64,000 nucleotides of DNA from a virus: the IMG/VR virus record IMGVR_UViG_3300030521_000002, positions 11,294 through 75,293 of that record; one strand, given 5' to 3'. Position numbers and translations under genes: made by a program. Numbering within the stretch: the first letter of the stretch is position 1; every line of letters begins with the position of its first letter. Of the stretch, positions 55,844 through 64,000 are shown in pieces. The notes below the pieces were generated by a model. That model did no database searches. It was given only the letters and a program-made list of their open reading frames with translations, and was not told where the DNA came from.

Positions 55844-56655
55844 GAACGGCGACCATAGTTGTTGTAATTGGTACTGGCAGGCTTCTCGGGTTCAATCACT
55901 GCGGTAGGGTGTAAGAGTTCCGTCAACTCAGCTTTGCTCTGCAATCCATTGTGGAAGACGCCACCTTGGCCCTGTTTGTAGTAGCAGAGCAATGGTACTT
56001 GTTGTCCTTTGAGAAAGTTCTTCTCGGCAAACTCCCGACACTCATCTACATCCAAATAGACAAACTCAACGTCTGCTAATTGACCAGCAGTCTCTAGCTC
56101 ATGCAAGTTAGCCTTAGTTGTCTGACAAGGTGGGCACCAGCTTGCGCCTACCAAGACGAGCAACCCATGCCCATTCTTAGCACAAGCGTGGAAAGCCGAG
56201 TTGTAAGCAGTCTCACCAGCACTCAGTTGTTTTTCTGGGGGTGGGGAAGCTTTGGTTTCTAACTCAGGTGCAACACCCACTACCTGACTAATCTCTGGGG
56301 GAACCGAGACTTCCACACTCTTTGCCGGGGTAGAAGAAGCGGGTTTTTCGTTCATTACTTCTACGAACCTAGCGATAGCAGCATTGGCAGCTTTTTGAAT
56401 GTGTTGAGATTTGGGAATCTCAATTTGAGCTTCCTCTTTATTCAGTCCCAAGGCTTGGAGCACACTCAAGGCGATTCCGGCCCCAATTGCGCCTTTGGGA
56501 ACATCTCCTGTAGGCAACACAACCACATCCGTCGTGGGTGTAGGAGCCACAACAGGTGTCACAAACACCACCTCATCAGGTTGGTTCATCTGGTTAAAGA
56601 TGAAGCCCACCACGAGCAGGATTAGCACCATCAATAAGAGGTTATGCAGTTTCAT
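55831..56655 (-). CDS. Membrane-anchored/exported thioredoxin
   Basis: N-terminal signal/TM; GASWCPPCQ; cis-Pro-type QVP. Confidence 0.85.
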   Translation of the reverse strand: MKLHNLLLMVLILLVVGFIFNQMNQPDEVVFVTPVVAPTPTTDVVVLPTGDVPKGAIGAGIALSVLQALGLNKEEAQIEIPKSQHIQKAANAAIARFVEVMNEKPASSTPAKSVEVSVPPEISQVVGVAPELETKASPPPEKQLSAGETAYNSAFHACAKNGHGLLVLVGASWCPPCQTTKANLHELETAGQLADVEFVYLDVDECREFAEKNFLKGQQVPLLCYYKQGQGGVFHNGLQSKAELTELLHPTAVIEPEKPASTNYNNYGRRSWRY

Positions 56656-56657
56656 GG

Positions 56658-57473
56658 TTACACCGGGGAGGCTGTGACTTGGCGAAGTGCAAAACCACTA
56701 TCAGGCGTACCCTTGCCTTCTCGATAGACGGCATAGCCGAAGAATCCAGCTTCGTTCTTGGCACCCCAATTTCCCCAGCTGTTGCGAATTCTTAACCCAT
56801 AGGAATTACCTTCGATCTTAACCAGGTCACATGTCATCATTACATGACTCATCCAATCGTAGGCAAAAGCACCGGCTTGGCTGAGCAAGCAAGCCGTGGC
56901 CCACACATCAAAGTCGTCTTTGCACTGATAGACTTCCAATGCCTTGTGGTTCAAACGGTCCTTGATACAGTTCTCATTCTTCATCAGGGCTTTACTAGTA
57001 TCGTTGTTGCCCCAGTACTTCGTGGAAACAGCCCCATGCTCGACAAGGTACTTGAGAGCCACACCTTCATACCCACCACTATGCCCACCGCTGATAGGGA
57101 CAGCCAACGAACACCCGGAAAGGTCGATATGAGGCAAGTTCATAATAGCTCTGGTAGCCATGAACGCCCCACAAGGCCCTTGCGTCCAACAGGTTGGTAA
57201 TCCATCCTGATCCATCGGGGCATAACGCTGATAGTCGCTAATCCGCGTCTTGAGCTTGATTTGCTCCTCGATCCGAGCATCCCACTCAGTGCGGGGAATC
57301 TTCTTAAAGGCAGTTTCCCACACGGCTGAGTAACCACCCGGATTGTGCCCTTTGGGGGGAGCCATCCGGGAAAGCAACCTTCGCTCCCCGTTAGCAATTA
57401 CGCTCGTACCATCCCCTACCAACTCTTTGAAATTCGAGTCATCATAAACCTTCTCACCAGCGAACAAGCTCAT
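56658..57473 (-). CDS. Papain-like (C1) cysteine peptidase
   Basis: DQDGLPTCW (Gln, Cys), SHVM (His), IRNSWG.WG (Asn). Confidence 0.85.
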   Translation of the reverse strand: MSLFAGEKVYDDSNFKELVGDGTSVIANGERRLLSRMAPPKGHNPGGYSAVWETAFKKIPRTEWDARIEEQIKLKTRISDYQRYAPMDQDGLPTCWTQGPCGAFMATRAIMNLPHIDLSGCSLAVPISGGHSGGYEGVALKYLVEHGAVSTKYWGNNDTSKALMKNENCIKDRLNHKALEVYQCKDDFDVWATACLLSQAGAFAYDWMSHVMMTCDLVKIEGNSYGLRIRNSWGNWGAKNEAGFFGYAVYREGKGTPDSGFALRQVTASPV

Positions 57474-57949
57474 TTGGCACCCCCGAAGACTCGTTGTGCT
57501 TCTTTATTGAAAGTAACCTTATCCAGCACTTGCCCCTCATAGCCCGTCTTACCATTACTGAAGATAGCCCAGGGCAACTTAGCTGGTGGTTGATGGTCTT
57601 TGAACTTCTGTAGACCTTCCTGAACCCAAGGTGGCATCAACTTGACATCATCTTGTTGGTCTAACAGTATGAACCCTGGTTGGCCATTAGGCTCTTTGGT
57701 CGTGTGTTGGGTAAGGAAATCACGAGGACTGCCAGGGGCATTCGAGAGCATAATCTCACGTTGTTCCGGGGTCCAACTCCCACGGTCATCTGTTTCCTCA
57801 ATCAGCAAGGCATGATTACCTGGCACACTGATTGGAGCAGGTACGTTGACCGTGGTTACAAAGTAGCTCTTGACGGCAGGCTCTACAATAATCCCTGCAC
57901 AAAGGGCTACTGCAACGACAATTGGAAATGGAACTTTCAAAGAGCCCAT
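57470..57949 (-). CDS. Exported/membrane protein, possible thioredoxin-like fold without CxxC
   Basis: N-terminal TM; LLIEET...LD.....LPWAIFSNG. Confidence 0.5.
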   Translation of the reverse strand: MGSLKVPFPIVVAVALCAGIIVEPAVKSYFVTTVNVPAPISVPGNHALLIEETDDRGSWTPEQREIMLSNAPGSPRDFLTQHTTKEPNGQPGFILLDQQDDVKLMPPWVQEGLQKFKDHQPPAKLPWAIFSNGKTGYEGQVLDKVTFNKEAQRVFGGAK

Positions 57950-58323
57950 TACTTAGCCTCCTGTGCAGGAGTTGTGGCACAAGGTTGTATGCTCTCGGCG
58001 AACTTTGCCAAAGCTTCTGCTTTTGGACTCGCTTCTAGGGGGCGATCACAGGGCAGTAATGGGAATACATCCAAGAGCAGCTCGCAAGCTTGGCTGCAAC
58101 CATCCTCTTTACAGAGGTTGTACAAGTCCTCCCACAACATAACCCGATGGGCTACCGAATCGGCTGGTAAGGCTTCTTCTGTCTTGTGAATTACGTGTGG
58201 CAGGGAGGGCAACTTGACAGAACGTAAGGCTGGTAGAGCGTAATGAATAAACGCCCAACCACCAAGAATAACTATTACTGCTATTCCCATCCCGATCTGA
58301 AAATAATCTACGGCGAACAACAT
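57949..58323 (-). CDS. Membrane protein
   Basis: N-terminal TM. Confidence 0.6.
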   Translation of the reverse strand: MLFAVDYFQIGMGIAVIVILGGWAFIHYALPALRSVKLPSLPHVIHKTEEALPADSVAHRVMLWEDLYNLCKEDGCSQACELLLDVFPLLPCDRPLEASPKAEALAKFAESIQPCATTPAQEAK

Positions 58324-58337
58324 ACATGCTCCTTGGG

Positions 58338-58631
58338 CTATTGGTTGGTGCGAGTGTCAGTCAACCACTTTTGAATGGTGTTTAATACGATGGAAATGAA
58401 GGGGATGATTACCAGGGCAATTGGGCTAGAAGGTAATGTATCCAGGTATTGCAAAGCTGCTGTTACCGCTGCACTAGCTGCTACAACCAAGCCACCACGT
58501 AACACTCGCCAAGCATCGTTACGAGTGAAATTGAAGGCGGCTGATCCAGCGGCTGGGCCAGCAAAAAAGAATGACGCCACGTAGGCTACAAAGGTCAACC
58601 CGATTGCCAAAATCCAATGCCACGATTCCAT
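58338..58631 (-). CDS. Three-TM holin-like protein
   Basis: Three hydrophobic helices in 97 aa; AGGAGCTAG RBS. Confidence 0.6.
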   Translation of the reverse strand: MESWHWILAIGLTFVAYVASFFFAGPAAGSAAFNFTRNDAWRVLRGGLVVAASAAVTAALQYLDTLPSSPIALVIIPFISIVLNTIQKWLTDTRTNQ

Positions 58632-58652
58632 AACTAGCTCCTAGCATGGGTA

Positions 58653-58814
58653 CTAACGATGGCAACCAGGACCAGAGCAAGTGGCGTGCTTGTAAACAAC
58701 CTTGTTCGTGCCTCTTGGCCCCATGTGGCGGAAGGCTCGCCGTCCGAACATGGCGTGCGCTTCCAAGCAGGAGAACATAACTACCACACAGACCAGCACT
58801 TTGAGAGACTTCAT
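58653..58814 (-). CDS. Small secreted peptide
   Basis: Probable start at 58814 (AGGAGCTAG RBS); signal MKSLKVLVCVVVMFSCLEAHA; ends CSGPGC. Confidence 0.6.
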   Translation of the reverse strand: MKSLKVLVCVVVMFSCLEAHAMFGRRAFRHMGPRGTNKVVYKHATCSGPGCHR

Positions 58815-58824
58815 AACTAGCTCC

Positions 58825-59175
58825 TTAGTTAGAATTCCAAACCCGAACATTGAGACTGTACTGAGTTTCAATCGCCTTGATATCGGGAACTTCATCGACA
58901 CTGACTACCTCACGTAGGTTGTCCAAAGGTGTTGGTAGGTTTGCCAAACAACCCTGTCGTATCCTACTGTTAGGGGCAACGTATCGGTCAACATCAACGA
59001 TGGCCACAATGGAAATGGGTTGGCCATCAGGACCATCTTGCTGGCTCTTAGTTCGCTCCCAACGGGCACAAACCTCGATTGGTGTGGTACTGACGGTAGG
59101 GTTGCCATTTCCATCATAGTTGCCTGTAAACTCCCAAACCACAGCCTTTTGCGGTAAGTCGGTTTCGATGCTCAT
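58825..59175 (-). CDS. Head closure / head-tail joining protein
   Basis: Q.AVVW...D.NG.P....P.E...RWE; position. Confidence 0.6.
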   Translation of the reverse strand: MSIETDLPQKAVVWEFTGNYDGNGNPTVSTTPIEVCARWERTKSQQDGPDGQPISIVAIVDVDRYVAPNSRIRQGCLANLPTPLDNLREVVSVDEVPDIKAIETQYSLNVRVWNSN

Positions 59176-59594
59176 ACAAGTGGCACAGGTCTGGTAGAAT
59201 CCGTATCGTTCCCTAACCAGTGCATCTTGGCCACGCCACGCACCCCTGTTTCCGCTTCCTTAGACCGCTTGGCAAGTTGGTTCGTAACATCCAACAACAT
59301 GGCGGTTTGGCCGTATTGCGTGGAGGCTAGCACCATTGCTGTTTGTCCTTGGAATTGGGCATTGGCTCGCCCGGTGGACTTGGCTTGATACCTTTGATCT
59401 TCGTGGGAGTAGAAATGAGCAGCCAGGAAAGTTTCGATCTGCTTTAACAGACTTGTATTTAACTTGCTCTCCGTATCTACACTCACCAACCAATCCGTAA
59501 GAGCCGTGGCTGACGCCATGAATCCCACGAGATTGTATCGTGACTGGACCTCGATAATGGCTTCTAGGTCAGCCTTGCTAATTCGTTGGGACAA
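59172..59594 (-). CDS. Head-tail adaptor
   Basis: IE..LAAHF, L.ST.YGQ.A..LD. Confidence 0.75.
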   Translation of the reverse strand: MSQRISKADLEAIIEVQSRYNLVGFMASATALTDWLVSVDTESKLNTSLLKQIETFLAAHFYSHEDQRYQAKSTGRANAQFQGQTAMVLASTQYGQTAMLLDVTNQLAKRSKEAETGVRGVAKMHWLGNDTDSTRPVPLV

Positions 59595-59603
59595 AATAGC
59601 ACC

Positions 59604-59966
59604 TTAGACAGAGACTTGCGCTTGGATGATCGTGTCGATGATCTCGTCCTTGGTCTTGGCATCACCGAGGTTGATTTCCTCGCCCGAAGCATACTTCTGC
59701 AATTCCTTGATCGTCATGCCTTCCAGGGCTTCTCGGTCCCCGTTGTTGTCGCTCGTTGAGGAAGCCACAGGAGCAGCTACCTCATCGGTATGCAAGCGAC
59801 GGAACTTTTCCCGACCGAACTTCTTATCAAGTTCTAGATGCGTGGTGATAATGTTGGTCTTGGGGTCTTTAGCAGAATGCAAACCATTCTCGTCTTCATG
59901 CAACCCCACCATCAACTGGTAACGGTACAGCTTACGAGTAACAGGGGGAACAATTGGCTCTGGCAT
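59604..59966 (-). CDS. Rho-N/HeH-domain virion-associated protein
   Basis: LEGMTIKELQKYA...I.L..A.TK.EII..I; start MPEPIV at 59966. Confidence 0.7.
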   Translation of the reverse strand: MPEPIVPPVTRKLYRYQLMVGLHEDENGLHSAKDPKTNIITTHLELDKKFGREKFRRLHTDEVAAPVASSTSDNNGDREALEGMTIKELQKYASGEEINLGDAKTKDEIIDTIIQAQVSV

Positions 59967-60044
59967 GGTGTAGCTCCTTGGAATTGGGGAAAGACTTGGA
60001 ATAGCTCCCTCTGGTTGCCCAGAGGAAGTTGATTGCAAGTCTTA

Positions 60045-61193
60045 TCAGCTGGTGGTTGCGTGCAAAATTCCGCAGCGATCTGAGAAGTCGTGACGCAGTT
60101 GAGGAACCATGATGCACATGACTTTGAAGTGCAGCATTAGACCACCCTTGGTTTCCCACTGAATCGTGGTGATATCCATGCCGTTGACAGCCCGAGCCAC
60201 GTCACTGGTCATTTGCACCATGATGAGCGTGAACGGGTTGGTGGCAGCCGACAAGAAGTCCAGACGACGTACATCCTGAATACCTTCGATAGATTGCAGG
60301 CGTTCCCGTAGCGTTTGCGTGGCTACGTTTCCACCCGTCAAGATGTAATCGTTATCCATGTACTGGTCCCAATCGTTGCTGTGATACAACATGAAAGGAC
60401 CAAAGAAGTTCTGGGCAGTCAACTGATCTCGCATGGCTAAGACGTTAGCTACCGTGGTAGCAGCGTTGGAGCCGGTCGGTGTAGCCAAGTTGGTCTTGGT
60501 CAACCGTTGCGGGAAGTTGGTGTAGCCATAAACCTTGGAAGTACTCTCATATAAAGTCGAGGCACCGTAGGTTAGCCCAGTCTGGACACCCACCAAAGTC
60601 TTCTCCACCGATTCCGCCACACGTCGAGCAGCAGCTTCGGGCAAGGTCATATCCAGAGGCGTGCCACTATTGCGACTCACGTCCAGACGACGCTTGCTGA
60701 ACGAGAAACCGCAATGCGTAACGGGCAGGGGCAATCCCTGGAGCTGGAATTGCGGAGCGTCATCACGGTCATCGGCTACCCCGTCCATGTCTACGAGAGC
60801 TTCCCCAGGGTCGCTCATCATTTCATGTTCAAGGATCATCTTCCCGTAGCCGTTGAAGCCACCGTAAGAAGCAGCTGCTGACAAGTCGCTCCAAGCACGC
60901 AAGCGTTTACGAGCTTCGTGGATCACCGCTTGATCCAACAAAATCCACTCGTTCTTGCGCAAGGTGGTGGCATTGGTGACGAAATCACCGCGATTACCCG
61001 TCATAATCTTGCGATAGATAGGTTTGTTGTCATCTGACATGCGACGGGTGTTAATCGTCACACAGCGTCGGGCTCGTGCATCCAGGTAAGGACGCATCAA
61101 ACCGGGATCAAAGTTCTGATGACCCCCATTGGCGACGAGAGCACTGGCTACTTCGCCGTACCCGCGTCCGTCTACAATCATGTCCATTGGCAT
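60045..61193 (-). CDS. Major capsid protein (HK97 fold, encapsulin/linocin-like family)
   Basis: LR..EW..LD..V, PLP..H..F....R.L..SR..G.PLD, AAR.VAE..E, YG.TN.P. Confidence 0.85.
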   Translation of the reverse strand: MPMDMIVDGRGYGEVASALVANGGHQNFDPGLMRPYLDARARRCVTINTRRMSDDNKPIYRKIMTGNRGDFVTNATTLRKNEWILLDQAVIHEARKRLRAWSDLSAAASYGGFNGYGKMILEHEMMSDPGEALVDMDGVADDRDDAPQFQLQGLPLPVTHCGFSFSKRRLDVSRNSGTPLDMTLPEAAARRVAESVEKTLVGVQTGLTYGASTLYESTSKVYGYTNFPQRLTKTNLATPTGSNAATTVANVLAMRDQLTAQNFFGPFMLYHSNDWDQYMDNDYILTGGNVATQTLRERLQSIEGIQDVRRLDFLSAATNPFTLIMVQMTSDVARAVNGMDITTIQWETKGGLMLHFKVMCIMVPQLRHDFSDRCGILHATTS

Positions 61194-61231
61194 CGAATAG
61201 TCTCCGATATGTAAAAGGAAGGCGAGTAGGT

Positions 61232-61690
61232 TTAGTGGCCCGTATATTGACAGAGCACTAACGTATCTGCCGAAAGTGCCGCAGTCGTTTCTTTAACCTT
61301 GAAAGGCTCCATTTCCGGGGAACCCGTCGTGGCGATCAGCTTACCAGTCCCATCGTCGATGATGAGCTTAGCAGTAATGGCGAACGCATCGCCCGTGCCA
61401 CTCTGGTTTTGCAACAACATCTGGAGTAGCTCACCCGTCGCTGGGATATAGGCGAAGAAGTGGGCACCATCCGCGTAAGCCGTACCGACACCGTTGCCTT
61501 GGAGTGAATCCTCCAACAGTACGGCTACGAGGTCTTGCTCACCATCCGCTGCCCCATTCCAAGCTTCCCAAGTACCATCGGATTTCTCCGAGATACAAGT
61601 ACCAGGCTTGGGAGTCTGGCCAGAAGCCAGCGTTCCTTCAAAGTAGATGCCCCTGGCCGGGCTACTTACAATGATCTTTGCTCGTGACAT
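61232..61690 (-). CDS. Head decoration/cement protein
   Basis: EG......PG, ED.LQG......AY..G; between scaffold and capsid genes. Confidence 0.65.
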   Translation of the reverse strand: MSRAKIIVSSPARGIYFEGTLASGQTPKPGTCISEKSDGTWEAWNGAADGEQDLVAVLLEDSLQGNGVGTAYADGAHFFAYIPATGELLQMLLQNQSGTGDAFAITAKLIIDDGTGKLIATTGSPEMEPFKVKETTAALSADTLVLCQYTGH

Positions 61691-61731
61691 GAAAATCTCC
61701 TAAGGTTATATGAAGAGTTGAGAGGAAATTA

Positions 61732-62580
61732 TTAAGCCTTCTTCTTTTTGAAGCTAGGACTTTCCTCTGCCCAATTGACAGTTACCGGGATCAGCATATC
61801 GCTGTCGCTTTCTCCCTTGCCTTGGCTATTGGCCGAAAGACCAGCCGCAGCCCCCAAGTAGTTCGCCGTAGGCTCGCTAGCCTCGGTGAATTCCTCGAAT
61901 TCATACTCGTTGTGAACCGGACCAGCCAAGTCGGCAAGGGCTGTGAGTTCATCCAGACCCTTGCGCATCAACGCTTCTGGCTTGAAGCGATTGCGAGCAT
62001 TGGCAGTGATTCGTTTGACCAAATCTTGCTTCTGCTTGGTTTCCACCCGCATGGCGTTTTGGACTACCGAGCGAATCTCCGGGGGAGCAGTCGCCAACCA
62101 CTGATTAGCGGTTGGAGGCTTGGCAACTTTACGAACATTGCCAGTGTACTTGCTGCTTTGGTTGAAATCCCCACCCGAAAGTGGAATCCCAGCCCCATCC
62201 GCCATGCCCTTCTTACCGTCTACATCATCGCCACCGGATCCATCCGAATGTTCGCCGCCAGCTTCGGAGATTTCCCCATCGCCTTCCTCATCTTCGCCCT
62301 CATCTTTCTTCTTGGGTTGGGCCATTAGCTCACCCTCGGCATTCAGAGCGAAAGACAAGGTTGTGCCACCCACGTTCAATCCCTGGCCAAGTTGGTTGAC
62401 TACCAACTCATTGCGCTTGGCAACTTGGAAGGATTGGTTCAATCGCAACAGACCATCATCAGCCGTGTTCTCCAACAATTCTCGGTCATTGGCAGTAAAC
62501 ATCTGCAATGATTCGCAATCACAGTTGACAACCAGCTGGTCGATCAATTGCTTGCGTTGATTTACATTCAACTTAGGCAT
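61732..62580 (-). CDS. Scaffolding protein
   Basis: Start MPKLNV at 62580; acidic/helical; upstream of decoration and capsid genes. Confidence 0.65.
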   Translation of the reverse strand: MPKLNVNQRKQLIDQLVVNCDCESLQMFTANDRELLENTADDGLLRLNQSFQVAKRNELVVNQLGQGLNVGGTTLSFALNAEGELMAQPKKKDEGEDEEGDGEISEAGGEHSDGSGGDDVDGKKGMADGAGIPLSGGDFNQSSKYTGNVRKVAKPPTANQWLATAPPEIRSVVQNAMRVETKQKQDLVKRITANARNRFKPEALMRKGLDELTALADLAGPVHNEYEFEEFTEASEPTANYLGAAAGLSANSQGKGESDSDMLIPVTVNWAEESPSFKKKKA

Positions 62581-62593
62581 GGTTTCTTCTCCA

Positions 62594-63853
62594 TTAAAGA
62601 ATACTGTCAAGAGGGATATTCGTATTACCAACCATTACAGGGTTACTTTTACGAGCCCCTGGTTTCTTAGTGCCAAACCTCTTAGGCTTAAGCGATTTGG
62701 GTTTCTTGGAAGTAATAATGCTCAATGACCTTGGGGCAGTTGGACTATGTGAAGCAGCCCCCATCCCAAGCATGTTGTTAGATTGCTCATTACCAGAAAG
62801 GCGACGAGCTAAGTGCATACTGGCATCACCAACAGCGCCTAGCCCATGACTAGCAGCTTTGTGAAGAAGCGATCGATGATCTTTGGGTTTACGTTCTTTA
62901 ACTTCCCCTTGCCCTGTTTCAGTCTTACGTAAGGCATAGCCCACACCACCGCCTAGACCGGAAGCTCCACCTAGAATTGCGCCCGGTAGACCATAAGTTG
63001 CAGCACCGCCGGCAGCACCAGCGGCACCTCCTAGTAACCCATAACCAGCAGCCTTACCAAGCGTATGTAGAAAGCTCTGATGCTTCTCAGCATGGGCTTG
63101 GTGTTTGGCTCGTTTAGATCGACTAGGGGCAGAGGTAGCTAATTCCCGATGCTTGGCTATTCGATCTTCGTGATAGCTTTTGAGCTTGGCATGAGAATCG
63201 TTGTCGTCACCTTGCCCTTTATGTTCTTCGTTCCACTTCGTCCAATCGTTGGCAGTCAAGTGGTCATCAGAGCCAAGCACCAAATCCAATTCGTTCACAA
63301 GTACCCCACAACCGTCATTGATCGAACAAGCTCCCTTAGCCGTGGGGAGGATTGCCACATGATCTGGACGGTAGTTACGAGCAATGAAGTCGAAGTTGCG
63401 ACCGTTGAACACCCCTTGGAAGGGCTCGTTATCGGTGAACAAGCCAGTGCTCAATTCAATGCTCTTGTTATTTTTGAGTTGGTTATAAATCCACGGATAG
63501 ACAGCCTTGGTCTTCTCAACGTCAAACCAGCCCTCTGCTGCTAACTTACCCTTGTTGGTAATGCGAGCATTAAACACATGCCCAATCCCTTGTCGCTCCA
63601 AGATATGGGGGAGCCTCGCAGAGCAAGGTTGCCCATTCTCGACCGGATGCTCGACCACCAACGGCATCGAGTTCCATGCCATCGGGTCACGAGAGACCTC
63701 ATCCGAGGGGTAGTAGAGAGCGCCTCGGCTTCCGGCCAACACACCGGGAGTGATTAGTGCCAGAGGGGCGACTAAGTATTTACGACCGTTTAATGTCTTA
63801 ACTGAGACATTGCCACGGAGATTAGCAGTGATGCTCGTAAGATAAAATCCCAT
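62594..63853 (-). CDS. Prohead protease (DUF2213-like) with C-terminal extension
   Basis: WN..P.V..HP, IELSTG, RNYRPDHVAILP...GACS..DGCG. Confidence 0.75.
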   Translation of the reverse strand: MGFYLTSITANLRGNVSVKTLNGRKYLVAPLALITPGVLAGSRGALYYPSDEVSRDPMAWNSMPLVVEHPVENGQPCSARLPHILERQGIGHVFNARITNKGKLAAEGWFDVEKTKAVYPWIYNQLKNNKSIELSTGLFTDNEPFQGVFNGRNFDFIARNYRPDHVAILPTAKGACSINDGCGVLVNELDLVLGSDDHLTANDWTKWNEEHKGQGDDNDSHAKLKSYHEDRIAKHRELATSAPSRSKRAKHQAHAEKHQSFLHTLGKAAGYGLLGGAAGAAGGAATYGLPGAILGGASGLGGGVGYALRKTETGQGEVKERKPKDHRSLLHKAASHGLGAVGDASMHLARRLSGNEQSNNMLGMGAASHSPTAPRSLSIITSKKPKSLKPKRFGTKKPGARKSNPVMVGNTNIPLDSIL

Positions 63854-64000
63854 GCCGAGAATATAGATGGCACGGGTCGCTAACGGTATAGCTAGCTAAT
63901 AAGTGTTACCTTATGGTTTACTCATCAGCTGAGAGCATACGAACGTGCTTGTAGTAGGCTTTTCTGCTACGCATTACCCCTAAAATCTCTTGCTATAGTG

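Noticed and set aside
32063-63853. Numerous plus-strand ORFs of 60-170 aa across the late region
   Set aside because: Antisense shadows of well-supported minus-strand genes, without RBS or motifs.
1-64000. Stop-codon reassignment
   Set aside because: Genes pack tightly under code 11; TAG, TGA and TAA all end well-formed genes.
1-64000. CRISPR array, DGR/reverse transcriptase, integrase, rRNA
   Set aside because: No regularly spaced repeats, RT motifs, recombinase motifs or rRNA sequence noticed by eye.

Overview
Most of the genome of a ~70 kb-class tailed dsDNA phage with siphovirus-like tail genes, probably infecting Planctomycetota. The host call rests mainly on a Planctomycete-type LEERRVLSA leader on its GH5 gene; its CsrA is also compatible. 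The window starts inside the terminase small subunit and ends just past the prohead-protease gene, so the large terminase and portal probably lie outside it. Most genes are on the minus strand. The replication/recombination block (about 3-24 kb) holds primase, an ATPase/helicase, PolA, a DNA MTase, an AAA_24 ATPase, a PD-(D/E)xK nuclease, UDG, a RuvC-like resolvase and CsrA. A glycosylation cluster (32-37 kb), tail genes (37-50.6 kb), a membrane/secreted cassette (50.6-58.8 kb) and head genes (58.8-63.9 kb) follow. Two plus-strand islands (8.4-10.6 kb, 24.7-31.9 kb) look like early genes. The most unusual observations are five. (1) An HNH endonuclease gene is nested in the +1 frame inside polA, with the polymerase frame staying open through it and no visible intron or intein; UDG shows a smaller case of the same arrangement. 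(2) An N-terminal MPKP(I/V) peptide, encoded with varied synonymous codons, starts 8-9 unrelated genes. (3) A ~750-nt non-coding region holds a tRNA-Cys-like RNA with a ~150-nt structured insert, plus tRNA T-arm hairpins. (4) A papain-protease/thioredoxin/membrane-protein cassette sits among the late genes, and no endolysin is recognisable in the window. (5) An SF1 helicase is split by a GIY-YIG gene that carries a structured leader. All calls come from reading motifs by eye; no database searches or folding programs were run.
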